Shown: positions 1 to 13,557, numbered from the stretch's first letter. The stretch is DNA of 64,000 bases from Peribolospora baueri (GCA_029717555.1 JAMDHS010000014.1:1-64000), one strand, 5' to 3'. The notes: a model not told the origin generated them from the sequence alone. Translations and numbers: made by a program.

Positions 1-20
1 TTTTTTTGCTTCCAACGCAG

Positions 21-312
21 CCGTCAATGCCGAAGCGGTCTTCGCCGCCCCGCGCGCTTCCAGGGGTCGGTCCAGCAAGGCCATGCGTACCTCTGTATCG
101 GACAGCGACGACGGTGACGAGGACAGCGATGAAGGGCCGCGACGAGCAAAGGTGAGCCGACTTCGGCATCCTCCACTCCCGCAGCGGTTCAGAAAGCGTC
201 GTTGACCAGCCCCGGCTGGGCTTCTTTTGTTCACTTTCCATCGGCATCGTCCTGCCAGTCGAGCTCATTCCGCAACTCGTTAGCAACGTTCGCCGACGAG
301 ATCAATGATTGA
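21..312 (+). CDS. 3' end (last two exons) of an unidentified gene entering from the left edge
   Basis: Pyrimidine tract and CAG acceptor end at 20. Exon 21-151 encodes ...AMRTSVSDSDDGDEDSDEGPRRAK. Donor GTGAGC at 152, acceptor CAG at 258, last exon SSSFRNSLATFADEIND* (TGA 310-312). No family recognised. Confidence 0.45.
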
Positions 313-569
313 TGGAGCGGGTATGCTGAAGGCGATGCTTCTTCAATGCTCTGAACTCTAGTGACCACCCGTCTAACCCCTGTGCCTGCGAGTCGAATGG
401 GACGTGTCCAAGCAAGAAGATACACATTTACTCCATGGCGTGTGCTCTCCGGGGAACCTGAAAAGAGATACCGTGCTAAAATTATAACCAAGAAGTGCGA
501 CGCCTTGATTTGTCTCCTTTCCCTTCCTTCTTCCCCGTCCCTCCTCTGAGGACATGATAACACGGCGCC

Positions 570-1437
570 TCAGTTGTTCTTCTTCTCCTCCACAGGCTGA
601 GGTCGCCTTGTCGGCACGGGCTTCTCCTCCTTGCCGACGGTGCGCTCAACATACCACTGCCCGAGTTGGAGGATGACGACGCCGAAGAGGGCGGCGATGG
701 CGAGCGAATTACCGGCGGCGAGAACCTGGATGGCCTCGGCTCTTTGAGAGAGAGAGAGGACTTCGGCATCGCCGGACATCGACAAGGGCATCTGGTTAGC
801 CTCGCTGTTGGACTGCGGGAGAGAGGACTTTGCGAAGGTGTTGAGGGAGGGAGCGGCGATGAGGCGGATGTTGGGCACTACAACCGAGCCGTACATGGCG
901 ATCGCGACGGTGAACAAGGCTACAGGACGAAAATGGAAGAATGAAGAAATAAACACGTTTATCAGCGCTAACAACGAGGGTTAACGGCCATCGGACGGAC
1001 GCAGATGTCGTGCTGTCAGCGGGGCCCACTCACCGACGGAACCTCCGTCGAAATACTTTGCGCTCTCCGTCCACGCGTGGAGCTTGGTGATGAGCGCAAG
1101 GACGCCAAGGGCCATCATTCCATGCAATAGCGCCTTAATGGCCATCGGAGCATTGTACAGGTTCCGGTAGAACGCCTCGGCGATGTCGAGCGCCTCTGGG
1201 GTCAGCTGAGAATAGAGAACGCGCGAGTCGACGATGAGGGAGACGAAGAGGGCGCCTGCAGAAGATGGGCGCGGAATGAGACGGTGGAATGGGGGGGCAC
1301 ATGCGTCAGGTGAGTTTGAGCGAGCGGGGCGAAGGGGGGCAGGTTCGGCTCGGCAGGATGCCTCGGCTGACGAGAGGAAGGAACGCACCGAAGAGAAACG
1401 AGACGCTACAGATCAGCGCTCCTGTACGAAAACCCAT
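570..1437 (-). CDS. SHR3: Shr3-family ER membrane chaperone for amino-acid permeases (3 exons)
   Basis: ATG 1437 MGFRTGALICSVSFLF|G (intron 1388-1256), then ALFVSLIVDSRVLY...AEAFYRNLYNAP...KLHAWTESAKYFDGGSV, then LFTVAIAMY...EAIQVLAAGNSLAIAALFGVVILQLGQWY. Four hydrophobic segments, typical Shr3 motifs and a C-terminal KKNN dilysine ER signal. Confidence 0.9.
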
Positions 1438-1605
1438 GGCGGGAGACGGCTGGTCCTTTCTTGTATTGCCTTGTGTCACCTAATCTGATCTGAAGCGGCC
1501 TTCCAGTTTGACTTTGCTCGTCCTCGTCGTCTGTCGTACGTTGTGCGAGCCGTTCGAAGAAACCGACGTCGAGGGGCGAGATAGATAAGTAGCGCTGCCC
1601 CACGC

Positions 1606-1654
1606 TGCCACGTGAATTGCCACGTGCTACTGGTCTTCCAGCGCGCCGCACGTG
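1606..1654. promoter_or_regulatory. Tandem TGCCACGTG x2 plus a third CACGTG upstream of SHR3 (UPRE/E-box-like)
   Basis: TGCCACGTG at 1606-1614 and 1618-1626, CACGTG at 1649-1654; 170-220 bp upstream of the SHR3 ATG. Confidence 0.4.
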
Positions 1655-2591
1655 ACCCGACTTTCTGACCGTGACCGCTCCCCGACCCGCCTCTTCGCCG
1701 TCCCCCACATTCTTGACCAGCCCCTGCCTCGCATTCCGCCGCGCCACGGCTGTTCGTATACCATCCACCCAGCGGTTGAGGTCGCAGACGGCACCGTTCA
1801 GTGCTCAGGAGCTCGACCCACGCTGCGAAAGGGCCACCGGTGCCGCAACTCGAGCACGTTCTAGTCTGCTCACGACCACCGGGATCAGCGACAAGGAGCG
1901 CGCAAAGCGCTCTCCGTGGGATGGAGCGTGGGATCGGCAAACTGGCGCCACACAGTGTATCATGGGACGCTCGAGCAAGCAATCGTTGTCTCCGAAGATT
2001 TAGACGGGACTGCGAGACGAAGGACCGAACTAGATGACGGACGTGCGAGTGGGACGAGGGAAGTCCTGAGCAAGGCGAACGTGCAGACTAACCGAAGGCC
2101 GTTGCGTTGCAAAGTTACGTGCCGAACGTCATGAGCGGAGGCAATGTAGGCGAGGCGATGAGATGACGGGACGGGCGGTCTGAAGGACTGGCCAAGAGCG
2201 TGCCGAAGATCCTCATCGCTCGGGCGGCAAGACACCGAGCGGCGGGCTCTGAAGAATGAATGCCAGAGGGTGGTGACGGACATCCGATTCTTGCGTGCCC
2301 GCCGCCGTCGCGTCTCTGCGCTCACCAGCAACACTGCCACGCTCCCTCCCTTTTGCCCCTCTCCCCACCTCTTCTACCTTTCGCCATCGCCTCCTTCGTC
2401 GCTGATCCTCACCTCTACTCCCCTCACAGCTTTCCTCCACGGTCTTTACAGTGTCATTTCGTCGTTCTCTCTCTAGGTAGTCATCCCGGAGTCTCCTACC
2501 GAGATCGCGTACTCTTCTTCCTTATCCAACACGCCAGCGTATTTTTGAATCCTCGGCTGGCGCCTACGCGCCGTTCAACGGCACCCGCACG

Positions 2592-5500
2592 ATGTCAGCG
2601 CGTCCCGCTCGGACGCCTTCGCCTATGGCCACGCCTTCCCATCCTCCCACCGCCCCACAACCGTCCTCTCACCCACGGCCTCCGCGATCGCCTTTGCCCG
2701 CCGTACCTCCGACGAAGGAGCAGCACGCTCTTCCCCGACGACCAGACCATCGGAGCAACGGCTCGCGACGCGACCATGGGAAGCCGGAGGAGAAGCGGTA
2801 TCAGAGCAGGTTCGAGAGAAGCGGTGGCGAGCAGAATCGCAAGGATGACCCAAAGTCCATTGGGCCTTGGCGCGTCGGTAGGACGATTGGAAAGGGCAGC
2901 TCGGGTGAGTGTGTTTACGGGTCAGACGCGTCGATGTATGCTGCATTTTTGAGGCGGCTCACATTCCCTCGCCTCGTCTTCGTCGCCGTCGCCTTCGTCT
3001 CTTGCCTGCATGAGAAAGGTCGTGTCAAGATCGCTCGCCATTCCCGCACCGGTCAATATGCCGCGGTGAAGATCGTACCGAAACACCTGCTCGCCAGCTC
3101 GCGACTGTCCATGTCCGAGGCGACGGCAAAGGCCGAGAAGATGCTCCTGGGCATTGAGAGGGAAGTGGTGATCATGAAGCTCATCTCTCACCCCTCCGTG
3201 CTCTCTCTCTACGACGTCTGGGAGACCGAACGGGAATTGTTCCTCATCCTCGAGTACGTTGAGGGTGGCGAGCTCTTCGACTATCTTGTTCAGCGCGGCC
3301 GCCTCCGGCAGGACGAGGCGCTGCGTTACTTTCAACAGGTCATCGCCGGCGTCGACTACTGCCATCGGTTCAACATTGCCCACCGAGACCTCAAGCCGGA
3401 GAACCTGCTCCTCGACAAGCACAAGAACATCAAGATCGCTGACTTTGGGATGGCCGCTCTACAGCCGGGCGGAAGGATGTTGGAGACGAGTTGTGGCAGT
3501 CCACATTATGCCAGTCCGGAGATCGTGGCGGTGAGTCGTGTGGCTTCGGACGACGAGTGACAATGATCGTCCGCCATGTATACTTATTCCTGTTCCGCTG
3601 CTTCGCTTCCATGCAGGGCAAACACTACGACGGCTCATGCTCCGACATCTGGTCTTGTGGCGTGATCCTCTTCGCTCTCCTTACCGGTCGTCTGCCGTTC
3701 GACGACGAGAACATCCGAACTCTCTTACAGAAGGTCAAGCTCGGCCACTTCGTCATGCCTTCGGAGCTCGATCCGGAAGCCCAACACCTCATTCGCCGCA
3801 TGCTGTGCGTAGATCCTACGCAGAGGGCCAAGATGGACGAGATCATCGCCCACCCCTGGTTCAACAGGCGCAAGTACAAGCCTTGGGGCAACAGCACCGG
3901 TCCCAAGGAGGATGAGGACCCAACGAGCCTCGAGGCCCTGGAAGAGGAGCTCAAGGAGCGTGCGGATATTGATCAGGATATCCTCGACAACCTCGCAACT
4001 CTCTGGCACGGGACGCCGAAGAAGGAAATTGAGGCTGCACTCTTGAGCAAGGAGTGAGTGGCCGCGCCTCCACGTTCAATTGGTACTGGCCTCTTCTTCC
4101 GTAGCCTACCTGCTGACCGTCGTCCCCTCCTCCGCACCCACGATCAGGAAAAACCAAGAAAAGGCGTTCTATTCGCTGCTCATCAGATACCGTACTCGCC
4201 AGCTTGAAACTTACAATATGGCCGACTCGGATCTCAGTCCGGCACTCTCTCGCCATCAGTCCTCCTCCTCGCCGCGAACGCCGAACTGGAGCAACAGCGA
4301 CAAAGAAGAGATAGGGCTCAAACGTCGCACATCGACGCGTGCCCCTCCTGTAGAGCAGCAAGCGAGCACGAAAAGCGCGGAGCGCCCGGATGTCGAGACG
4401 CTCAAGGTCCAGAAGCGCCCCGCTCCGCCTGCGCCTGTGGCCGAGAACAGCGGCTCGAGCCCGACGCGCCCGCTCGCCATCCGTCCGAAGAGCCCCATCA
4501 AGACCGTAGAGACGCCATCGTGCAGCCAGCCCAGCAGCCCGGCGCGCACTCCAATGGCCCGCCCCGGCAATCCTTCCCCCGGTCGCGCTGAGGGAGATGG
4601 TGACCATGAGACGCCAACGCGCCCGCGCCGTCTGCCGGTGCCGGGCTCGACCGAGACGGGCACACCGGGCCACGTCGCGCGCATCGCTCGCCGGTTCGCC
4701 GAGACGCGCGCCGAAACCCCCAACCACCGAGCTTCTGTCGTTCCCGCCATCACTTTCCAGGCGGCTACTCCCGAGGAGATGGCGGCGCGCAAACGCGAGG
4801 AGCAGCGCCAGAAGCGTGAAGATGCTCGATCGCCCATAACGCCAACATTCCACGCACAGGACAGCCCGCGTCTGCCTTCGCCAGCTCTGTCTTCCGAAGA
4901 ACAGTTCTCCGGCACGTCCGCCCCCTCTAGTGCGCTCATTTCCCCGGTCACCCCTCAGCAGGCTCTCCCCAGCCCCGCTCTGAGCCAAGCCTCAGACACC
5001 AGCAGCGGCAGCACGACAAGCGGCTCTCGCGTCAGCGCTCCGTCCGTTGGAGGAAACTCGCTCGGCATCACCGTACCTCAGGTGAACGACGAGGTGCTGC
5101 AGAAGTTCTTCAACGATGTTGCGGAGCAGCTTATCGCCTTGCGCTCCGGTGCCAGCTCAAGCTCGGTCGGAGCGTCGAGCACTGCCGCGTCTGGCAGCGA
5201 TTTTACGTCCCCCGCCAGCTTGTTCGATCAGGCTATGAGTGCCGTCAAGGCCGCTTCGATGGCTGCTAGCTCCACGTCCGAGCCGGCGGCTGTGAAGAAC
5301 GAGGGCGTCGGAGGTACTGCCATTCCGAAGGCAGAGCCCGCCGTTACGCCCGCTGCTCCAGCTCCGACGCGCGATTACCGGGCAGAGGACAAAGAGAATA
5401 GCGCCGCTGCCAAACCGGGGATGAGGAGTAACGAAAACTTGGATGAAGGGCGGCAAAAGGCTGCCCTTGGGGTCAACTTGAGAGCTCAGAACGGTCGTCC

Positions 5501-6450
5501 GAGCGGTCCGAGGACGTCTTACCATGAGAAGACGGACAAGAATCGGGCCCAAGTGCATCCCCCCGTCGTGCCAGTGGCGGGCCTTCCTGTCGCCTATACC
5601 CCCCCTAATAAGGACAAGGAAGAGAAAGGATATCAGGCGAGGTTGAGGAGGAAGAACCGTGAGTCTACAGGGGCCATCAATCGTCCGGGTGTTCCGTCGT
5701 CGATGTCGTCCTTGGGAGAGTCATCTGGCGCTGACTGCTTTTATGACCATTTTCACAGCTGATGGACTTGGTTTGGACATGAAAGCAGCTTCGCCAACGG
5801 CTCTCGCTTCACCGGTGTTCAACTCTTCGTCTTCCCCGAGGTCGGAACCTTCGGCCCCTCCCACGCCGTTCCTCTCCCCCGGCTTAGGAGCTTTCGCCGG
5901 CGGCGGAATCGGAGGCCCTCACACGCCGACGGCCTCCACGCCCAAGCACAGCTGGTTTGCAAACCTGTTCCACTGGAAACCGGCGTCGTATTCTCTCCTA
6001 TCCTCCGAGTCGGTCCCCGCGACGCGCGCGGAGGCGTACAGAATCTTGGAGGGTTTTGGGATCTCAGTGATCGTGGAGGATGCGGACGGCGCTGGGGTGC
6101 TCAAATGCAGGGTGGAGGAGATAAGAGAGCCTTTGGGCGGGGCGGTTGCGATCAAGAGCGTCCGGTTCCGCGTCGAGTTCTCCGCCCGCGGGGGCCCGAG
6201 CGGAAGCGGCGGGGGCGGAGGGACGTCGCCGAAGCCGATGAGCCCTTCGATCGGCAGTGAGACCGGCTCGAGCGTCGGAGGGGGGAGCAGGGTCAGCACT
6301 TACTCCACCGCCAGCTCGGCCAGCGGCGGCGGGGCCCACGCAAGTGCCCTCGCGGCGGGCTTCCAGACTAGCTTGACGCTGGTGCAGGAGAAGGGCGCGT
6401 TGAGTAGTTTCAAGACGGTGTACAACCGGATGAGGAAGGAGTGGGAGTGA
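2592..6450 (+). CDS. GIN4: CAMKL Ser/Thr kinase of the Gin4/Hsl1/Kcc4/Cdr2 (BRSK/SAD) group with C-terminal KA1-like domain
   Basis: IGPWRVGRTIGKGSSGRVKIARH, AAVKIV, HRDLKPENLLLD, DFG, LETSCGSPHYASPE, SDIWSCGVILFALLTGRLPFDD; post-kinase NQEKAFYSLL; C-terminal SWFANLF...VRFRVEF...LVQEKGALSSFK. Exons about 2592-2904, 3019-3530, 3617-4053, 4148-5658, 5759-6450. Confidence 0.9.
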
Positions 6451-8449
6451 GTATGGTGAAGGAAGACGGCGGGCGAGGTTGGAGCGGATCGGTTTAGGAT
6501 CGGTGTCTGTGCTAGGCCTCGCTGACGATGGAATTTTCGTTCCCCTCCGTCTGGCTTGTCGCCTCTATTGCTTCGCCCAGACTCGACACCCCACGCTCTC
6601 CTGCCATCGGCCTGGGCGTCCGCATGGTGCCAAGCCCTATAGTCTCGCCTCAGCTCTGAGTCGACGGCGAGCTCAGATGGTCTGGTCTCCTTTCGCCATC
6701 GGATCGTCGTTGTCTGGCGACTTACCCCCCTCTCACCCTCTCTCACCCGAGTTATGGTATCGGCCGTGGACTTTGGTTCTGTTCACCAAAGTGTTCGCCC
6801 GCTCTTCATCCCCTTCCCGTCCTAGCCGCCGACTGGGCGAATTGCCCAGGGACTCGCGCCTTGTGCTATCCCGTTCATGGGGTCTGCTTGGACGACACAC
6901 GCTCCTTCAAGTCTTTGGGTCGCGATAGTCGTCCTTTCCTTTGCGTCCTCTCTCTCACTCTCTCACTCTCGTCCTTCTCGTAGCCTTGCTTCTTTCGGCC
7001 GCCGTCTCCTCGCCTCGTCCACGCCCTGTCTGCCACCCCTCGCGGTGCGGTCCTGTCTTTACTCGGCTTTTTCTTCTGATCCTCTCGTCCCGTCCCACTC
7101 CTCTATTTGCCGTTCCTTCTTCTCTCTCTGCCGACCTAGTCCTCTCCTCTCCTCACCTCTCCTTCCTTCTCCCCTCCTGTCCTCTTTTCTCCTCTCTTCT
7201 TCTTTTAACCGCCCTGTCTCGTTCGAATCCTTGCTCTCGACAGTGTGTGTGTGTGTGCCGAAGTGACTTTTCGGATGGGTGGTGGAGCGACGGAGATGAA
7301 ACGTGACGACGGCCGGCTCCTCTTTGGGTGCCGGCGGCTGCAGCTGCGGATGATGCTGCAGATGATGCTGCGGCTGCTGCGCGTGATCTGAGAGGCGGCA
7401 AGATATCAACAAGCGCAGCTGCAGGAAGTCGGTGGTTGGACGTCGCCGCAGCAACGGCACGACATTTCGGCACTCGCTCGACGACCGTGGTCGGCAGTCA
7501 GTCGATAGAACAAGCCGGCCAGCATAGACAGATATTCCCGTGGCGTCCCTTCCTTTCCTTCTCACCTTCTCTCTCTCTTGCCTCGTCCGCTCCTTCCTTT
7601 CCTCTCTCCCTCTGTTCGGCGCGGCGCAGCCACACGACTACGACCTCGACCACGAAGCGACGCGACGGCCCCATCGCTCCATCGGCACCCACGACTCTAT
7701 TTTCGGCCGCCCGTCTCCTTTCGTCGTCCCCCGCCCGCCTCTCTCTTTCTCTCCCGTCTCTTCCTTGCTCCGCAGTGCTTTGGACGGGACGACGAGGGGA
7801 CCCATACAACACGGTGGTGTGCTGCCGCCAAGGAACTAGCTAGCCAGCTAGGTCGTTCGCTCGACTGGATCGACGGCCAGGTGCGACAGATAGGCGGTCG
7901 ATCGACACTCAGATAGATATAAAGATAGATAGATAGAAGCGCTGGCTGGACGAGGGCAGGCAGGCAAGCGCAGCAGCTGGCCTGCTACAGACGGCAGCAG
8001 CTGACCGTCGTCGATTCGATTCGGCCTACGCTTCCTGTTCCTTGTTCCTTGTTCCTTGGCTTCTTGGCTCGTCTGCGTCTGGTCGGGCGACCGGCGGACG
8101 ACTGGGGTGACTGCGCCAGCGCAGGCGGATGGGAGCAAGCGAGGCGAGGATACGTCCCATCCCATCCCATCATCCATCAACCGTCTGTCTGTCTGTTCTC
8201 CTATCGACGAGAGCCGAGCGCAGTCAAGCCAAGGCGAAACGAACGAAAGGGCGGCTCGGATCCGTCCAGTCAAGTCCGGGACGACCTTCTGCCTCAGCCT
8301 TTTTTTTCTCCTTCCTCCCCTCCCCCTCTCCGCCCAAGTCCACCACTCTCCCGCCTTCCATCTTACCCTCTCCTCCTCGTCGACCGTCCGCCTAGACGAC
8401 ACCCTCGCTCGCCCTACGCCCAGCGCGTGCTTCCTCCAGGCGCAAGACC

Positions 8450-11400
8450 ATGACGTCGAGGCAGACCAACGACGCAGCCACCCGGCCTGCGAGGGAGATG
8501 GCCTCCGCGTCGGCCGGCCCGCTCGTCGGTTCTTCTTCCTCGTCTTCCCTGCCCGGTTTCATCTTCAAGTATCAAGGCGGACATCAAGACCAGCACCAGC
8601 ACGGCCGGCCTGCGTTCTCCCCCTCCGTCAGCAGAGACGGTGACGACGGCGCGGGCGAGGGCGCCTGCGAGGACGACCCCGAGCTCAGCTCTTCCCGGCA
8701 CGCCTCCTCTTCTTCCTATTCCCAGAAGATACCTTTCCTCGAGGCGCACGGCTTGGAGGAAGCGCGCGCCCGACGGTCACAACCACGCTCGACCATGGCC
8801 ACCATCGCCCACCATCCGCCTCCCGCTTCCTCGTCGTCGTCGTCGTCGTCGTCCTCCTTCTCCTCCGCCGGTCATCTCCCCACCCACCTCTACCAAGCCT
8901 CCGACCGTCCCTACCCTCCGTCCCCCTCCCCGCCTCTCCTCCCCACCCATCTCCGCCGCCGACCAGGCCTGCCTGTGAGAAAACTGCTCGCTCTCCGACG
9001 CGCGGCCCCGCTCCTCCTCTTCGCTGGCGGAGCCAGCGTCCTCGTCGCCTTGTACATCTTCCTCTTGGGCGCCGCGCCCGGCTCCTCCACCTGGCGGACT
9101 GTCTCCCGTCCTTGGCGATGGAAGTGGCCCTCCTCCTCCTCCACCACCACCTTTTCCGACCACCTTTCCTCCCTCGACTTGCCCCCTCCCCCACAACCCT
9201 TCGTCTGGTCCGGCGGAGAACCGCTCCGACCACCGCCAATCATGGCTCACTCCCTCTTCTTCGGAAAGGCGGGCGGCACGGCCGACGGGAGCGGGAACAA
9301 GTGTTTGGAAGCTTGGGTGGCCCGAGGCGAGACGTGTCCAGCACTCGACTTGTCCCGCGCAAAGATGCTCGATGCGGTTTGGGCGTGGGTTAACGGGAGG
9401 TGAGCGAGTGAGCGAGCGCGCGCGCGAGAGAGAGAGCCCGTTCAAATCGAACATACGGTTTTTAATCCTCTCTTCCGCATTCCCGTCCCCGCCCCCTCCT
9501 CTTTTTGCTTTTCCTCCCAGCGAACCGCGCCACCGCTCGTCCCGGTCGTTTTGGTCCAACAAGCCGGTCAATTACTCCATCGTTCACCTCCCACAAGGCT
9601 CGCCGTCGCCGTCGCAATCACCGCGCGAGGCGTCTCCCTCTCACGCCGACGACCGCAGACTGGAAAAGAGGCTCAGCGGACACCGTCCCGGTATCCAGCC
9701 TCCGGTGTCGAACAATGAACCGGGGTCCCCCAATTCCGACGGCAACGTCGCCAAGATGGACGAGAAGTGGTTCCGGTGCGTTCGCCTTAGCTCGTCTGTC
9801 CCCTCATCCTCCTCCCGTGTGACGATGCTGATTCCGATCGACGATTTTCTTCTCTTCGTTTTCTTTGTCGCCCACGGTTTTCTTCTCTTCCTACCCCGCA
9901 GCGATCACGACGAGCTCCGTTATTCCTTCCGTTCCATCTACCAACACATGGGCCCTTACATCCGTACCTCGCACATCGTCGCCGGCGACTTTGCCCACCC
10001 CTACGTCTCCCCACACTACCTCGAGGCGACGAATGGGAGCACGACCGAGATACACGACCCTACAGCGGACGATAAGGGTCGTGTGGACCCGGGACGAGTA
10101 GGCTTCACTGACCTCTTCCCCGCCGTCCCTTCTTCCACCGTAGGTGACGAAGGTGCTGCCGTCGGCTGGCGAGCTGGCCAATGGCCGCAGTGGTTGGACG
10201 CCGAGAGCGAGTGGACACGGACACGGCAGGGCAGCACCGACGGTTCCGGCTTCGGCGGCGTGCGCATCCACCACCACTGGACCCTCTTTTCCATCCCCCC
10301 GCCCCTCCGCGACAGCGCGCCGCCACCGGCGCCGGAGGGGGAGAGGGACGAGGAGGAAGAGAGGTGGAAGGATAGCGTGTTGCCCACGTTTAACAGCTTT
10401 GCGATCGAGGCGCAGATGGCCAACATCCCTGACTTGGGAGAGAATTTGTCAGTTCGTCTCTTCTTCTCCTTCAAAGGCGATCGATCGATCGATGCATGCT
10501 CATGCCATCCTTGCTTCCTCTCTGCTCTCCCGTGCCCGCGACGACCAGCATCTACAACAACGACGATTTCTTCCTCACCTCCGACCTCACCGTCTCCGAC
10601 TTTGTCACCCCGCTCTACGGAAGCGTCTTCCGCATGCAGGGCAACTTTCGCGTCGATCCCGTCGCGAACAGCATGGCGAACCCCAAGGGCGAGTGGCCTC
10701 AGCTTCAGCGGAGCTCTTTCGTACTCGGCGAGCGGTTCGGCGGAAGGAAGAGGCCTTATATCGCTCATGGTCAGTCCCCGCTTTCCCCCCGTCACCGCCG
10801 AGCTGCGAGCTGGCTGGCTGACTGACCTCGCCGGCCGTCGTCGTGGCTACCGCCACCTCCATTCGATCCGCAGTCACCAAGACGTTCTCCACGCCGCTCC
10901 TCCAAGAGGCCCGACTCATGTTCCCCTCCGCCTTCGCCGCGACTGCCTCGCACCGGTTCCGCGGAAAAGGCCATGACACGGTTGCCGTCTTCCTCGCCAA
11001 CCACATGACCGTCGAGAGACACCGTGAGGCACTGCTCTGGAGCTTCCTCGTGGCCAAGGGCGACGCCAACGCGGACGGGTATCTGGACAGGCAGGAGATG
11101 GCGGCCCTCCTCGCCGTCATGAAGGATGGTCTCGCCGATGGGCAGAGTCAGAAGCCCGTCACGATGCCACATCGGATGACGTTGCGCGACGATCGACACG
11201 TTCAGAAGCTTAGGAAGGCCCGCTTGCCAGCGCCGCGAGAAACGAGTAAGTTGGTTCGCTTTTCTTCCTTCCTCGACGGCGCTCTCGTGGCTCATATGAT
11301 CCGCTTCTGCTTCCCCTGCTCTCATCCCGCAGAGTACCGCTTCTCGTCCCGAGATGGCTACCCCTTCCTGCGCCGACTGTCACCGCAAACGATTGACAAG

Positions 11401-12314
11401 AAGACCCACTGGCCGGACGTCAGCCTGTCGTCCAAGCCCGAACTTTGCATCCTCCGCTTGGACCAATGCTTCCCAGAGGCCTACTACGCTACCGACGATT
11501 CCACCGACCCGGCCAAGGGAAAGGGAAAGGGAAAGTCGTACGTGTGGGCGAGCGACGTGTTTAAGAGGTTCGCGTTCGACAAGTTTGAGTGCGGCGATTG
11601 TCGTGAGTGTCCCGTATGGCGTCATACACGCACACGAGCCGCGCAAGGGGGATTCATCATCGAGTCTACGGCTGACCGCCATGGTTTTTTTTGTCTTTGT
11701 GCCCGCCTTCGTCTTCCCATCCTCCGCCAGTCGTGTACCACCTGATGAGCCTTTCGGGTAACTACGGTCTCGAGGCCTTCCTCCCGCCGCGCGAATCATC
11801 GTTCCCCGTCAACGAATCCATGTCAGTCCCAGACGGCATCGAACCCACACCTTTCCTCCCGTTGGGACCCACCTGGCGCCCGCTCGATTTTTCCCTCGCC
11901 AACGTCGCCGCGTCGACCGGTTGGCCGGGACAGAGTAGGAGGGAGTTTGCAATGCGGCTCATTCATAGGTATTCCTATATCCTAGGTGAGCCTTCCTCCT
12001 TTTTTTTGTTGATCTCCTTCGATGCCGGTTTTCGCAAACCAAACGGTTTCGTGGCATTTCCTTCGTCCTTCCCTTTCTTCGCTTTTGTCCCATCGACCCC
12101 GAATTTGCGCGCCAGGCGAATCTCCCACCACGTTCATCGCCCTCGAATTTCCTCGCCAAGTCACCACCGAGTTTGCCAAACTCACCAAGGCCCACTCGGT
12201 GTTTGTGTGCGTGAACGACGACATCAGCAAAGGTCGGGAGAGAATCGAGAGTGAGTTGTCGCGGTTGTTTTTGCTTGCGGATTGTGTGGGACAACCGTCG
12301 CCTTCTGACCATCG

Positions 12315-12350
<36 letters not shown>

Positions 12351-12428
12351 GGTGGCGCCGCCCCAGACATGTTCTCCCATTGGCTTCGCACCTCGTTTCC
12401 CACACCTCTGCCCAACGAAATCGTCTGA
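8450..12428 (+). CDS. XPT1: Stealth-family sugar-1-phosphotransferase, Cryptococcus Xpt1-like; type II membrane protein, multi-exon
   Basis: TM anchor (LLLFAGGASVLVALYIFLLGAA). Stealth CR1 LDAVWAWVNG; CR2 DHDELRYSFRS...PTFNSFAIEAQMANIPDLGENFIYNNDDFF; CR3 H..KTFSTPLLQEA..MFP; CR4 VFVCVNDDI. Ends WLRTSFPTPLPNEIV* (TGA 12426-12428). Start codon uncertain. Confidence 0.85.
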
Positions 12429-13551
12429 ACTAGACTCGCCCTTCCTTCTTCTGCTTCTTGCACGCCATAGACACCGCTCGCTCTCGTCCCTCCGTCCCCT
12501 TTCCGCATTCCCTCCCTCTCCCCTTCCCTGCCCGGCTTCGCTTCGAACCGACCGGACCATGGACGACACCCACCCGTACATCCATCCATTCGTCCATCCA
12601 TTCGTTCTTCCCGTCCCCCGCCGCCTATCGATCGGATCGCCGGAGCATGTCATGTGACGTGTCTGTCGCCGCCGCTTGCATGTACTTGTATCCTTGTACC
12701 CTCTCTCTCTCCTTCCCTCCTTCTCTCACTTCCTCGGCGCCAGTCGCGGACCAGCCAACCTACCTAGCAAGCATGCCATCGACTTGGGACCGAAACGAAA
12801 CGAAACGAAAGGGATAAGATGGGCATCTTCTGTTCGCGCGGCGAGTGGGGATCCGCAAGCAAAGGCCACACACAACACAACACCAACACCAACACGGCAC
12901 GGCACGGTAGGAGATCGCATCCACCTCGACATGGTGTGATCATGGATGGGGGTTACCTTTGCGCTCGCTGGCCAAACTCGGCCAGAGAGGATTGTTAGAC
13001 GCGAGGATGAAACGGTGGACGACGATGATGAGGATGAACGCGACGACTCTCTGCGCACACCCGAATCGTCAGCGCCGTTTATAGCGACTAGTGCGCTGTT
13101 CCTTCTTCTTCCTCTACGACCACCACCATTCGAAATACAGATAGATGGCTGTGTGAGAATCAGGCGCCCGTAAAAGCTGAATCTGTCGCCGCTCCCGCAC
13201 CCTTTCTCCTTGGCGTACTTCACATTGGCAAAAGCCACCTCGTCTTCACAGCTGGCGCACTAGCAACGGGAACATCGGACAGGACTTCCTTCCTCGCGCC
13301 GCGTCCGCCGCCGTTTCCCTACATATGTACGCGCCAAGCCTCGCAATTTTTCCGTTTCGTTTGTTTGTTTCTCTTCAACAATGTTTTCTTTCCTGGATAG
13401 CCGACGAAGGCGGACGGCCCTGTGTTTTCGACCTCGCGTCGTGGTGGAGCACGCTTGCGCGGGCGCTTCGCTTTCCGATGAGACCTGTCATATGATGGGG
13501 AGCAGGCCGAGACATTGGGACATCCTCTCCTTTCTTCTTTACTCCCTCCCT

Positions 13552-13557
13552 TATATA
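13552..13557 (+). promoter_or_regulatory. TATA box of the small secreted Cys-rich gene
   Basis: TATATA about 110 bp upstream of ATG 13663, followed by a CT/CA-rich leader. Confidence 0.5.

Noticed and set aside
2905..3018. Stop-free in-frame intron in the kinase Gly loop
   Set aside because: Common by chance in short GC-rich introns; retention would disrupt the ATP loop and there is no evidence it occurs.
7328..7843. ORF with GATGATGCTGC repeats (AAADDAADDAAAA; antisense HQ-rich)
   Set aside because: GTG start, driven by simple repeats, no domain; likely intergenic.
12726..13340. Minus-strand ORF or exon-like piece (CASCEDEVAFANVKYAKEK) in the island
   Set aside because: Has splice-like borders but no recognisable family, start or consistent frame; may be debris and cannot be supported.
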